Origin: Bacteroidia bacterium
GTDB taxonomy: Bacteria; Bacteroidota; Bacteroidia; DATLTG01
Assembly (NCBI GenBank): GCA_039924845.1
Contig: JBDTAC010000041.1
Location: forward strand, 728 to 64,727
DNA length: 64,000 nt
Direction: 5' to 3'
The translations under genes and the position numbers were made by a program. Of this stretch, positions 1-7,721 are shown one piece after another. The notes beneath the pieces were generated by a model, which saw only the letters and a program-made list of their open reading frames with translations, searched no databases and was not told the origin of the DNA. The first letter of the stretch is position 1. Each line of letters opens with the position of its first letter.

Positions 1-1
1 A

Positions 2-907
2 TCTTTATTAGAAAAAGCAGGTTTTACAGTTATCACCGAAAAGATAGCGCAAGAAGATTTAGCGAAAGCCATTAACGAAAATAATTATGTGGCACTTACG
101 GTTCGTAGTGCTACCAAAGTTCGTAAAGAATTAATAGATGCTTGTCCTAATTTAAAATTAATTGGCAGAGGCGGAGTAGGGATGGACAATATTGATGTGG
201 AATATGCGAAATCAAAAGGAATAAAAGTGGTAAATACTCCGGCTGCTTCTTCGCATTCGGTGGCAGAATTGGTGTTTGCCAATTTGTATGGAATGTCGCG
301 TTTTTTGTACGATGCAAATCGTCAAATGCCTGTGAATGGCGATACGCAGTTTGATGTATTGAAAAAAAAATACGCCAACGGAATAGAATTAAAAGGAAAA
401 ACATTGGGTATTATCGGTTTCGGTCGTATTGGACAAGCGGTTGCGAAAATTGCTTTGGGCAGCGGAATGAAGGTGTTGGCGTTTGATCCTTTTATGAAAG
501 AAGCAACGCTCGCATTGGAAATTCAAGGAGTTGATAAAATTTCTATTCACATTAAAACAATAAGTTTAGAAGATGTGTTGAAAAACAGCGATTTCATTAC
601 CTTGCATGTTCCGGGCGGAAAAATGATTACCGAAAAAGAAATTGCTTTGATGAAAGTCGGCGTGTGTTTGGTAAATGCTTCGCGTGGTGGTGTTATTGAT
701 GAAAATGATTTAATAAAAGCACTGAACAGCGGTAAAATAAAACATGCAGCTTTGGATGTTTTTGAAAACGAACCGCATCCTAAAAAAGAAATTTTGACTC
801 ATCCTAAAATAGCTTTAACTCCGCACATCGGTGCTGCCACGGAAGAAGCGCAAGCGCGAATTGGTATTGAGTTAGCCGAATTGATTACGGCAGTTTTCAG
901 CAATTGA
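2..907 (+). CDS. serA: D-3-phosphoglycerate dehydrogenase / D-2-hydroxyacid dehydrogenase family, 5' end runs off the window
   Basis: The frame is open from the window edge, so the listed start at 89 is an internal GTG. It has the Rossmann motif GIIGFGRIGQAVA and the ASRGGVIDE and HIGAAT motifs typical of this family. Confidence 0.8.
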   Translation, partial: SLLEKAGFTVITEKIAQEDLAKAINENNYVALTVRSATKVRKELIDACPNLKLIGRGGVGMDNIDVEYAKSKGIKVVNTPAASSHSVAELVFANLYGMSRFLYDANRQMPVNGDTQFDVLKKKYANGIELKGKTLGIIGFGRIGQAVAKIALGSGMKVLAFDPFMKEATLALEIQGVDKISIHIKTISLEDVLKNSDFITLHVPGGKMITEKEIALMKVGVCLVNASRGGVIDENDLIKALNSGKIKHAALDVFENEPHPKKEILTHPKIALTPHIGAATEEAQARIGIELAELITAVFSN

Positions 908-1011
908 AAAACAAAAATGATTTGCATATTTGAAGGTGTATAGATATACCAATTAAACGAATGTGTCATTCTGAAATGATTCATAATCTGCGCGCTGGAA
1001 ATTACTTACCT

Positions 1012-1041
1012 AAATCCTCTCCGAAGAAGAGGATTTTTTTA
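1012..1041 (+). terminator. Rho-independent terminator after serA
   Basis: A 9-bp stem AAATCCTCT/AGAGGATTT with a 7-nt loop runs into a T7 tract. Confidence 0.7.
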
Positions 1042-1074
1042 TTTAACGATTTATCTTTTTGAAATGACTTCTCA

Positions 1075-1095
1075 GGTGACAATCAGAGCACTACC
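1075..1095. repeat. Inter-cassette element copy A (GGTGACAATCAGAGCACTACC)
   Basis: It matches copy D at 6161-6181 in 19 of 21 positions. It lies beyond the last immunity ORF. Confidence 0.8.
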
Positions 1096-1130
1096 GACTT
1101 AAAGCTGTTTGTGAATTTTTAAAAAACGCA

Positions 1131-1161
1131 GGTGCAAATTGGAACACTACCGAACACTACC
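1131..1161. repeat. Inter-cassette element copy B (GGTGCAAATTGGAACACTACC) plus an extra tandem GAACACTACC
   Basis: The 18 nt GCAAATTGGAACACTACC are identical to 4535-4552. It lies 15 nt downstream of the immunity ORF stop at 1176. Confidence 0.8.
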
Positions 1162-1175
1162 CTCATCATCATCCT

Positions 1176-1430
1176 CTAACTTTTTTTCTTTGAAAAATTC
1201 AGTTTTTTATAAATGGCAATTCCTCCTATAATAACCCAAAATGAAAAAGTTCCTACTCGTCCTAAATATTTATACATAATAAACAACAAGCTAATGAAAC
1301 CAGGAGCCATGCCAGAATAACTATTAGCCATTTCCTGCGTATTGTGGTACATAAAAAAAATAATAAACCCAAATAATATTAAACCAATTCCAAAAAGGAT
1401 TCCCAAAATATGATTTAGTTTTTTTTTCAT
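1176..1430 (-). CDS. Small membrane protein, putative immunity protein for the 1444-2646 toxin
   Basis: This 84-aa ORF has an ATG start and 2-3 hydrophobic helices. It lies 13 nt downstream of the toxin ORF on the same strand. Confidence 0.5.
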   Translation of the reverse strand: MKKKLNHILGILFGIGLILFGFIIFFMYHNTQEMANSYSGMAPGFISLLFIMYKYLGRVGTFSFWVIIGGIAIYKKLNFSKKKS

Positions 1431-1443
1431 AATTCATCTGCGT

Positions 1444-2646
1444 TTAATAAAACTTTTTTTCTTCATTACGATAGTTTTCTTTAAAGTCGTAATCTTCTTT
1501 TTCTATGAATGATTCTTTTCCTTTATTGTTAATGTATTGTAGATAGTAAATGCCAATTATTTCCTGTTGTTGGTTAAGAATTGGTGAAATTAATGAACTT
1601 CCTGACCCTAAAGTTCTCAATCTACCTTTTGCTTGAAATTTAAATATTCTTTCATTTAACTCGTAAGGGTCAAATACTAACGGTGATTCTGCACCTGCTT
1701 TTCCTTCCAAATAATCTTCAATTTTATCTAAAACAATTCCTATAGCCCTGTCTGTTAATTCTTTTTGGATTTCTTGTTTTGTAAAAGTAGGTGAAATTGC
1801 CCAAAAATCTTTATTATCTTCATATATTGTATTATTCGCTACGTCTGTTGCCGCAGTTTTTGGAGGGTCAGTAGTTGTAGCAGTATTATTAGCAGTAGAA
1901 TTTTGTGTTTCATTATCTGTACTATGCAAGTCATATTTGCCTGTTTCCTTATTCCATGTTCCATAATCCCAATTACTTTCTTTTGCATTTGGGTCGTTGT
2001 GTATTGTTTTTCCGTTATCAGATGTAGCTATTCCATTGCCAGTATGTTCTGTGGTTCCTTTCGGGTCTTTTACATCTGTTCCTTTCGGGTCGCTATAAAC
2101 AATCGGATTATCACTAAACCCCACATAAGGGCTTTCCCATGCTTTTCCTTTCGGGTCTAAGCTCCACCACCTGCCACCCAAGCGGGTGTCCAGTTCTCTA
2201 AACTCGGTAGTATAGGCATTTCCGGTGCCGTATATTTCATCGTCTTTCTCAGAGCCTTTGTTAAATCCGAAGCGGTAGAGATTTGAGCTGAATGTTCTGC
2301 CGGGCATGAGCATCCCGCCAGGATAGTAATCATTGTAACTAATCACAAAAGCAGTGCTATCAGCATTCTTCCTATCACTCACTGTTGTATGAACATTGCC
2401 CAGATGGTCATCCAATTCGTATTCTTTCTTAAATATTTTTCTTGGGTAAAAACCATTGTTCAAGCCAATATCAATTGTCCAAAGGTTTACAGGACAAGAA
2501 ATGCAACTATACGTAGGAATACCGCTGGTCGGGAAGGTTTTCACTAAAATATTCGGTTTCCATTCTCCAAGACGCGCGCTGCCATAAAGTGGCACTTCTG
2601 TTTGAATATAATCGTAATTGCTGCCGTTGATTTTATTTTTACTCAC
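1444..2646 (-). CDS. Rhs/YD-repeat core-end protein with an unrecognised C-terminal toxin domain (cassette 4)
   Basis: It carries the core-end signature YRFGFNKGSEKDDEIYGTGNAYTTEFRELDTRLGGRWWSLDP...SPYVGFSDNPIVYSDPKGT. The tail is unrelated to the other cassettes. The listed start is GTG, not ATG. Confidence 0.75.
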   Translation of the reverse strand: MSKNKINGSNYDYIQTEVPLYGSARLGEWKPNILVKTFPTSGIPTYSCISCPVNLWTIDIGLNNGFYPRKIFKKEYELDDHLGNVHTTVSDRKNADSTAFVISYNDYYPGGMLMPGRTFSSNLYRFGFNKGSEKDDEIYGTGNAYTTEFRELDTRLGGRWWSLDPKGKAWESPYVGFSDNPIVYSDPKGTDVKDPKGTTEHTGNGIATSDNGKTIHNDPNAKESNWDYGTWNKETGKYDLHSTDNETQNSTANNTATTTDPPKTAATDVANNTIYEDNKDFWAISPTFTKQEIQKELTDRAIGIVLDKIEDYLEGKAGAESPLVFDPYELNERIFKFQAKGRLRTLGSGSSLISPILNQQQEIIGIYYLQYINNKGKESFIEKEDYDFKENYRNEEKKFY

Positions 2647-2653
2647 TGAAAAA

Positions 2654-3322
2654 TTATTTTTCTTCTTCTTTTTTCAAATCCTTTTTGCTAACCTGCTCCA
2701 TTGGAACATTTTTATTTACAGGGCGAACATGAACAGCGTGCCCTGTTGCTCGTGTGCCTTGTATTACGTAACCTGTACTGCCGCATCTGTTGCCATAAAT
2801 ACAGCGAACTGTATCGCCATCAATAGGAATAGTTTCGTTTTTTACTTCTTTAACTTTAGTGAAATAAAAATAATACCCTCCACAATCATTTAGCAAGGTG
2901 TCTCCTTTCAAGTAAAATGCTGCACAATCATTCACGCACCCAAATTTCCCAATGCTATCCACAGGTTCAATAACTTTTATTTTTGAAAGTTCTTTCGTTG
3001 TATATGTGTAAACTAATGGATCTTGTGAATCTAAATTTACGGTATCATATTTAGTTACTATCCAATGATCGAAATTGCACCACTCAATGAAACTAATATT
3101 ATTGTAATAGTATGTATGCTTTTCCACTGTTAATATAGATGCTTGAAGTTTGCGCGCCTGTTCCGGAGTTAAATTTTCATATCCTCTTGCATCTAACTTT
3201 ACACATTTCCATTTTCCGTATAGATATTTACTTGGAGCATTTTTTAATTGTTGTGCATAACAATTGTAACACAGTATAAGTGTAGAAAAAAGAAGTAATT
3301 TTTTACTGACCATTGTTTTCAT
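2654..3322 (-). CDS. Secreted (signal-peptide) protein, putative immunity to the lysozyme-type toxin
   Basis: The internal start MKTMVSKKLLLFSTLILCYNCYAQ reads as a signal peptide. The ORF overlaps the 3' end of toxin 3 on the same strand. An alternative start is at 3313. Confidence 0.55.
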   Translation of the reverse strand: MKTMVSKKLLLFSTLILCYNCYAQQLKNAPSKYLYGKWKCVKLDARGYENLTPEQARKLQASILTVEKHTYYYNNISFIEWCNFDHWIVTKYDTVNLDSQDPLVYTYTTKELSKIKVIEPVDSIGKFGCVNDCAAFYLKGDTLLNDCGGYYFYFTKVKEVKNETIPIDGDTVRCIYGNRCGSTGYVIQGTRATGHAVHVRPVNKNVPMEQVSKKDLKKEEEK

Positions 3323-4487
3323 ATATTCCATATAAAAAGATATTTTGTTCTGCAGTTCTCCTGTTTTGAAGTCCTTGTGAATACTCATTCCCTGAGGTAT
3401 TGACATCCATTTCTGATGCTGCTCCAGAAAAATCAGAATTATTTAGTTTAGCAATAAAATGCCTGCCTGCCGCAAGCGAATTATTTACGCCTACATTAAA
3501 CACATAACTTACAGTTGCATTAAACTGCTGCTGAGTAAGTTGGACATTAACGTAAGTATCAACTAAGATAATAGTTTTTTTTATATCAGTTGTAAATAAG
3601 GCATCTGCCTGATCTTGAGTAATACCTTGACTATAATCTTCTCCGCGCTGAACTACGTGTCCGTATCCTATTGTTATTTTACCCGTAGGAGCTTCACCTT
3701 GTTTCCAATATTTGTTTTTATCGTCATATTCTTGTAATGCAGGTCCTCCTTTAGGTCCTTGCTCATACGATTTGATAAAATCTTGTCCTTGAGTATTTAA
3801 CACTAAATCTTTTACATCTTTTTTAGAATCGGTTGTACTTGTCTTTTGATTTTCATCAGATAAACTTTTCTGATAATCTGCCATATCAGCAGCTTCTTTT
3901 TTCGGGTCAGCCCATTCCAAACCTTCTAAATCTTTTCCATCAATAACTCTGTCCATCGCAAAAGCATAAGGCGACCAACCCGCATATTTTCTCCTTAAAG
4001 GGTCTAAGCTCCAAAAGTGTATTAGGCGTGGGTCATCTTCTCTGAATTTAAAATCATAGGCGTTAGCATTGCCGTAAATATCATTGTCTTTGAGCTTTCC
4101 GTTGTATCCGAAGGTGTACAAGGAATCCTGATAATTCCTTCTCGGCATCAGCATACCGCCAGGATAGTAGTCATTGTAACTAATCACAAAAGCGGTACTA
4201 TCCGCATTCTTACGGTCTCTAACAATGGTGTGGACATTTCCTAAATGGTCATTCAGTTCGTATTCTTTCTTGAAGATTTTTCTTGGGAATAAACCATTGT
4301 TTAAACCAATATCAATTGTCCAAAGGTTTACAGGACAAGAAATGCAACTATACGTAGGAATACCACTGGTAGGGAACGTTTTCACTAAAATATTCGGTTT
4401 CCATTCGCCAAGACGTGAGCTTCCATAGAGTGGTACTTCTGTTTGTATGTAATCGTAATTGCTGCCGTTGATTTTATTTATCTTCAC
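3303..4487 (-). CDS. Rhs/YD core-end protein with a C-terminal GH24 (phage/T4-type) lysozyme domain (cassette 3)
   Basis: The core end reads YTFGYNGKLKDNDIYGNANAYDFKFREDDPRL..WSLDP. The tail has SYEQG...TIGYGH...ITQDQADALF...LTQQQFNATVSYVFNVG...GLQNRRTAEQNIF, the classic GH24 pattern. The listed start is GTG. Confidence 0.8.
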   Translation of the reverse strand: MKINKINGSNYDYIQTEVPLYGSSRLGEWKPNILVKTFPTSGIPTYSCISCPVNLWTIDIGLNNGLFPRKIFKKEYELNDHLGNVHTIVRDRKNADSTAFVISYNDYYPGGMLMPRRNYQDSLYTFGYNGKLKDNDIYGNANAYDFKFREDDPRLIHFWSLDPLRRKYAGWSPYAFAMDRVIDGKDLEGLEWADPKKEAADMADYQKSLSDENQKTSTTDSKKDVKDLVLNTQGQDFIKSYEQGPKGGPALQEYDDKNKYWKQGEAPTGKITIGYGHVVQRGEDYSQGITQDQADALFTTDIKKTIILVDTYVNVQLTQQQFNATVSYVFNVGVNNSLAAGRHFIAKLNNSDFSGAASEMDVNTSGNEYSQGLQNRRTAEQNIFLYGIYENNGQ

Positions 4488-4534
4488 TCAAAAATTATTT
4501 TTTGAAACCTCTTTATCTCTTTAAAAGTGTAAGC

Positions 4535-4552
4535 GCAAATTGGAACACTACC
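4535..4552. repeat. Inter-cassette element copy C (GCAAATTGGAACACTACC)
   Basis: It is identical to 1134-1151. It lies 7 nt downstream of the immunity stop at 4559 and upstream of toxin 3. Confidence 0.8.
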
Positions 4553-4558
4553 CACCCA

Positions 4559-5110
4559 CTACCTCAATTTTACTTTGTATTTAGTTAATACTTTATAAGG
4601 ATAAATTCGTTGCTTAAAACTATTAAATGTACGAGGTTTCCAATGAGTAAAAACAATAAGACCATCAGATATTTCTCCATAGTAAAAATTGTAACCACCA
4701 TAATCGTCTGTGGTATATATTTCAATAGTGATTTTTGTACCTTTTATTTTATAATAGCCAATAAATGCATAAGTATCACTATTGCTATTACATTCTTTAT
4801 TGGTCGGTTTGTGTTCGTAAGCATAACTTATCAATAATTTTCCATTATTAAAAAAACGGTATATCACATAAGATGAGTCCACAAAGTGTGATCCATAGTA
4901 TACGTCTGTATTAAGATTAAAATATACTGCATTCGTGTCTATCAAATTAGTATCAGCTAAATGATAGGGGTGTTTTGCAAAAGAGAAATTTGATTTTTTG
5001 GGACGTATTCCTCCATCGGGTAGAGTATAATAATGAGGTATCCATCCCATAATACTACAAGAGGTAAAATTAATAACTATAAAAAAAAAGAAAAACAAAC
5101 GCTTTGCCAT
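4559..5110 (-). CDS. Lipoprotein, putative immunity protein for the 5161-6084 toxin
   Basis: It has an ATG start and the lipobox-like N-terminus MAKRLFFFFFIVINFTSC. It lies 50 nt downstream of toxin 2. Confidence 0.55.
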   Translation of the reverse strand: MAKRLFFFFFIVINFTSCSIMGWIPHYYTLPDGGIRPKKSNFSFAKHPYHLADTNLIDTNAVYFNLNTDVYYGSHFVDSSYVIYRFFNNGKLLISYAYEHKPTNKECNSNSDTYAFIGYYKIKGTKITIEIYTTDDYGGYNFYYGEISDGLIVFTHWKPRTFNSFKQRIYPYKVLTKYKVKLR

Positions 5111-5160
5111 ATATTAATTTTTTTTAGCACTTACTGTTTATTGCCTGCGTATCAACGTAA

Positions 5161-6084
5161 TTAATCATAATGGAATAACTTCAAGTCTTTAGAGTTGTGA
5201 ATATAATTTTGCAACCAGCCTGATCCGTAACTATCAAATAAAAAGCCATTTACTCTCCCAAAAGTATCTGCTTTATTCAATGATTGTTGAAAAGGATCTT
5301 GATCGTAATACAAACTTGTCGCAGTTCTTTGCTGGCTATTAGAACCAAAATGCGTGCCTGTAAAATCCTGATACCCACCTTCAAATAAATTTCCTCCTAA
5401 ATTCGCTGAAAAAATAATTCCACCTGTCCAACCTTGATCTGTGCCACCTCTTGCTCCAACCAATCCTTGAGTTGTTGTTTTATTTGTTGCTGAATTATAG
5501 TTGAGTATTTGACCATACGTTCCAGAGCCACCGAAAGTATTGTTTAACGCAGATTTGGTATTGAAATTTAATGTATATTGTGGCAGTCCAATACCCTTAC
5601 CACCACCAAAAGTTGCATAAGCTGATGTACTGATGTCGAACTGTATAGCTGAACTGTTTCCTGAAGTACCTAAACCACCATTATAAACATTGACAGACAA
5701 ATCAAGTGTTGGCTGAAAAAAGTTAAAACGCTGTCCTATACTTGCTGTTGCTCCTGCATTAAAAGTTAATTTATTACCTCCAAAAGTCAACCCTAAACTT
5801 GCTTCAAATCTTGCCTGAGGATTACCAGCCGTATTACCTTTCGGGTCGCTAAACCATATAGGATTATTACTAAAACCCGAATACAGGCTTTCCCACGCTT
5901 TTGGGGTCGGGTCTAAGCTCCACCAACGTCCGCCTAGGCGTGGGTCAAGCATTCTAAACTCGGCAGTATAGGCATTTCCAGTTCCATAAATCTCGTTATC
6001 CTTCTCCATTCCGTTGAATCCGAATCTACAGCCTCCTGTGCAGCAGGCTGTAGATTCGGACATCGTAGCGGTATTGCGTGGCAT
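5161..6084 (-). CDS. Rhs/YD core-end protein with a Gly/Asn-rich unrecognised C-terminal domain (cassette 2)
   Basis: It carries CRFGFNGMEKDNEIYGTGNAYTAEFRMLDPRLGGRWWSLDP...NPIWFSDPKGN, then a Gly-rich, apparently beta-rich tail. Only about 20 aa precede the core-end motif. An alternative ATG is at 6063. Confidence 0.75.
   Translation of the reverse strand: MPRNTATMSESTACCTGGCRFGFNGMEKDNEIYGTGNAYTAEFRMLDPRLGGRWWSLDPTPKAWESLYSGFSNNPIWFSDPKGNTAGNPQARFEASLGLTFGGNKLTFNAGATASIGQRFNFFQPTLDLSVNVYNGGLGTSGNSSAIQFDISTSAYATFGGGKGIGLPQYTLNFNTKSALNNTFGGSGTYGQILNYNSATNKTTTQGLVGARGGTDQGWTGGIIFSANLGGNLFEGGYQDFTGTHFGSNSQQRTATSLYYDQDPFQQSLNKADTFGRVNGFLFDSYGSGWLQNYIHNSKDLKLFHYD
6019..6060 (-). other. Perfect 16-bp inverted repeat (42-nt hairpin) inside the first 22 codons of toxin 2
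   Basis: TCCGAATCTACAGCCT (6019-6034) pairs with AGGCTGTAGATTCGGA (6045-6060) around a 10-nt loop. It begins right after the internal ATG at 6063. Confidence 0.9.
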
Positions 6085-6160
6085 TGTTTCGTTTTGTGTA
6101 ATTCAAAAATACGGTTTATTTTGCCTTTGAAAAAATATTTTTTTGAAGCCTAAAAATGTA

Positions 6161-6181
6161 GGTGACAATCTGAACACTACC
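6161..6181. repeat. Inter-cassette element copy D (GGTGACAATCTGAACACTACC)
   Basis: It lies 15 nt downstream of the immunity stop at 6196 and upstream of toxin 2. It matches copy A in 19 of 21 positions. Confidence 0.8.
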
Positions 6182-6195
6182 AAAAATGACTATTG

Positions 6196-6603
6196 TTAAA
6201 TACAATCAATAAAAGTAGATATCCCGATACCTCTTAATACAAGCATAATTATATAAAATAAGCATATAATTATATTTATCTTAGCCGTCCAGTTTGTAAT
6301 TTTATGATAGTTTTTATTTCTCATTATGTATTTTAGAAATAGTTTATTTATGGAGTAAATTATAAATATCAAAACACCTGTTTCAGCAATTAATGCTATT
6401 GATTCATAAATAGCTGCTCCAGTTGAACCCCATATATCAATTCTCGAATTGTTATTCTTCCACATTAAATTAGCAGGAATAAATAAATCATTAAGATAAA
6501 CAGCTAACCACAGAAGAATGGGATAAGTTAATATTTGATACCCAAAATTATAAATACCATACAAGCCGTATAAAATATATTTTATATAATTATTGAACCT
6601 CAT
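6196..6603 (-). CDS. Polytopic membrane protein, putative immunity protein for the 6600-7556 toxin
   Basis: It has about 4 hydrophobic helices. The ATG at 6603 overlaps the toxin TGA stop as ATGA, which suggests translational coupling. Confidence 0.6.
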   Translation of the reverse strand: MRFNNYIKYILYGLYGIYNFGYQILTYPILLWLAVYLNDLFIPANLMWKNNNSRIDIWGSTGAAIYESIALIAETGVLIFIIYSINKLFLKYIMRNKNYHKITNWTAKINIIICLFYIIMLVLRGIGISTFIDCI

Positions 6604-7556
6604 TTGTTTGTAGCTGGTTTGCTGATGTGATTTTTGTTCCACTCTTTAAGAGTGTAGGTTTTACCACCATATTCGACACCTGTAAAATTTCCTTTAGAGT
6701 CAATATTTATTCTTACGTCAACAGTTCCAAGTTTCTTTGTGTTATCAAAATATAAACTTAAAGGATTTCCTTTAGCCCCCGAACCAGTTAACCAAACTGT
6801 TTGCCCTTTTGCATCACTTACCAATGCTTCGGTAGCGGGAAATTCTTTTCCTGATAAATCAACATAAGCAATCAAATAACCCGCTTTATCATTTTCCGCT
6901 AATATTACAGATGAATTTACTTCAATATTAGGAGCTGTCCCCAAAAGTGCAAGGTCGGGATTAGAACCCGAATAATGCGCTTCAACATCAGCTACATCAG
7001 AACCCGCATTTTTATAAAAAGTTTTGTTGTCTACTTTTCCTTTGTCTGTTGTGTGTGTTGCATTACCAACTGTTTTACCACTAGTTTTAGTATCGGAACT
7101 TGTTGGATGACCATTACCTATTACTGATTTTTTCGTAGGATCTACGGTATAAGTTTGACTAATACGCGATGTAACATTTTGTTCGGCAGAAAAGCCTCTC
7201 TTATCATCATCATAATCAAAGTATTTGAAAGCATCAGGTGGAACAAAAGACCTAACAGTAACAGCGAATGGAAATAAACCATCTGCATCTAAATAAAGAA
7301 TAGGATTAGAATAGCCATAAGAGTACGGAGACCAAAATGGAATTTTAGCTGCTAATTTATCCAAACTTAACCACCTGCCCAATCTCGCATCGTCCATTCT
7401 GTATTTGAAATCGTAGGCGTTTCCTATTCCACAAAGTTCGTTTGTTTTTTCCTGTCCGTTGAAGCCGAAACAATATGAATTTAGGTTTGATTTGTATCTG
7501 TTGTGTACAATTTTTTGTTGTTCATTTAGATTTTCATAGAAATCTACTTCGTCCAT
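6600..7556 (-). CDS. Rhs/YD core-end protein with an unrecognised C-terminal domain (cassette 1)
   Basis: It has an ATG start and carries YCFGFNGQEKTNELCGIGNAYDFKYRMDDARLGRWLSLDK...SPYSYGYSNPILYLDADGL, followed by a unique tail of about 220 aa. Confidence 0.75.
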   Translation of the reverse strand: MDEVDFYENLNEQQKIVHNRYKSNLNSYCFGFNGQEKTNELCGIGNAYDFKYRMDDARLGRWLSLDKLAAKIPFWSPYSYGYSNPILYLDADGLFPFAVTVRSFVPPDAFKYFDYDDDKRGFSAEQNVTSRISQTYTVDPTKKSVIGNGHPTSSDTKTSGKTVGNATHTTDKGKVDNKTFYKNAGSDVADVEAHYSGSNPDLALLGTAPNIEVNSSVILAENDKAGYLIAYVDLSGKEFPATEALVSDAKGQTVWLTGSGAKGNPLSLYFDNTKKLGTVDVRINIDSKGNFTGVEYGGKTYTLKEWNKNHISKPATNK

Positions 7557-7721
7557 TTTCGATTTTTATTGGTTTATATTCACTAACTTATTTATTGGCG
7601 AATATAATTAATTTTCAATTAATTTCTCATCTGCAAATTGAGGTATATCCCTAATACTCTAAAAAAAGAAGAGCTTCCTTTTTGAATATCCCTCCCCAAT
7701 TTATTATAAAGCAAGATTATT

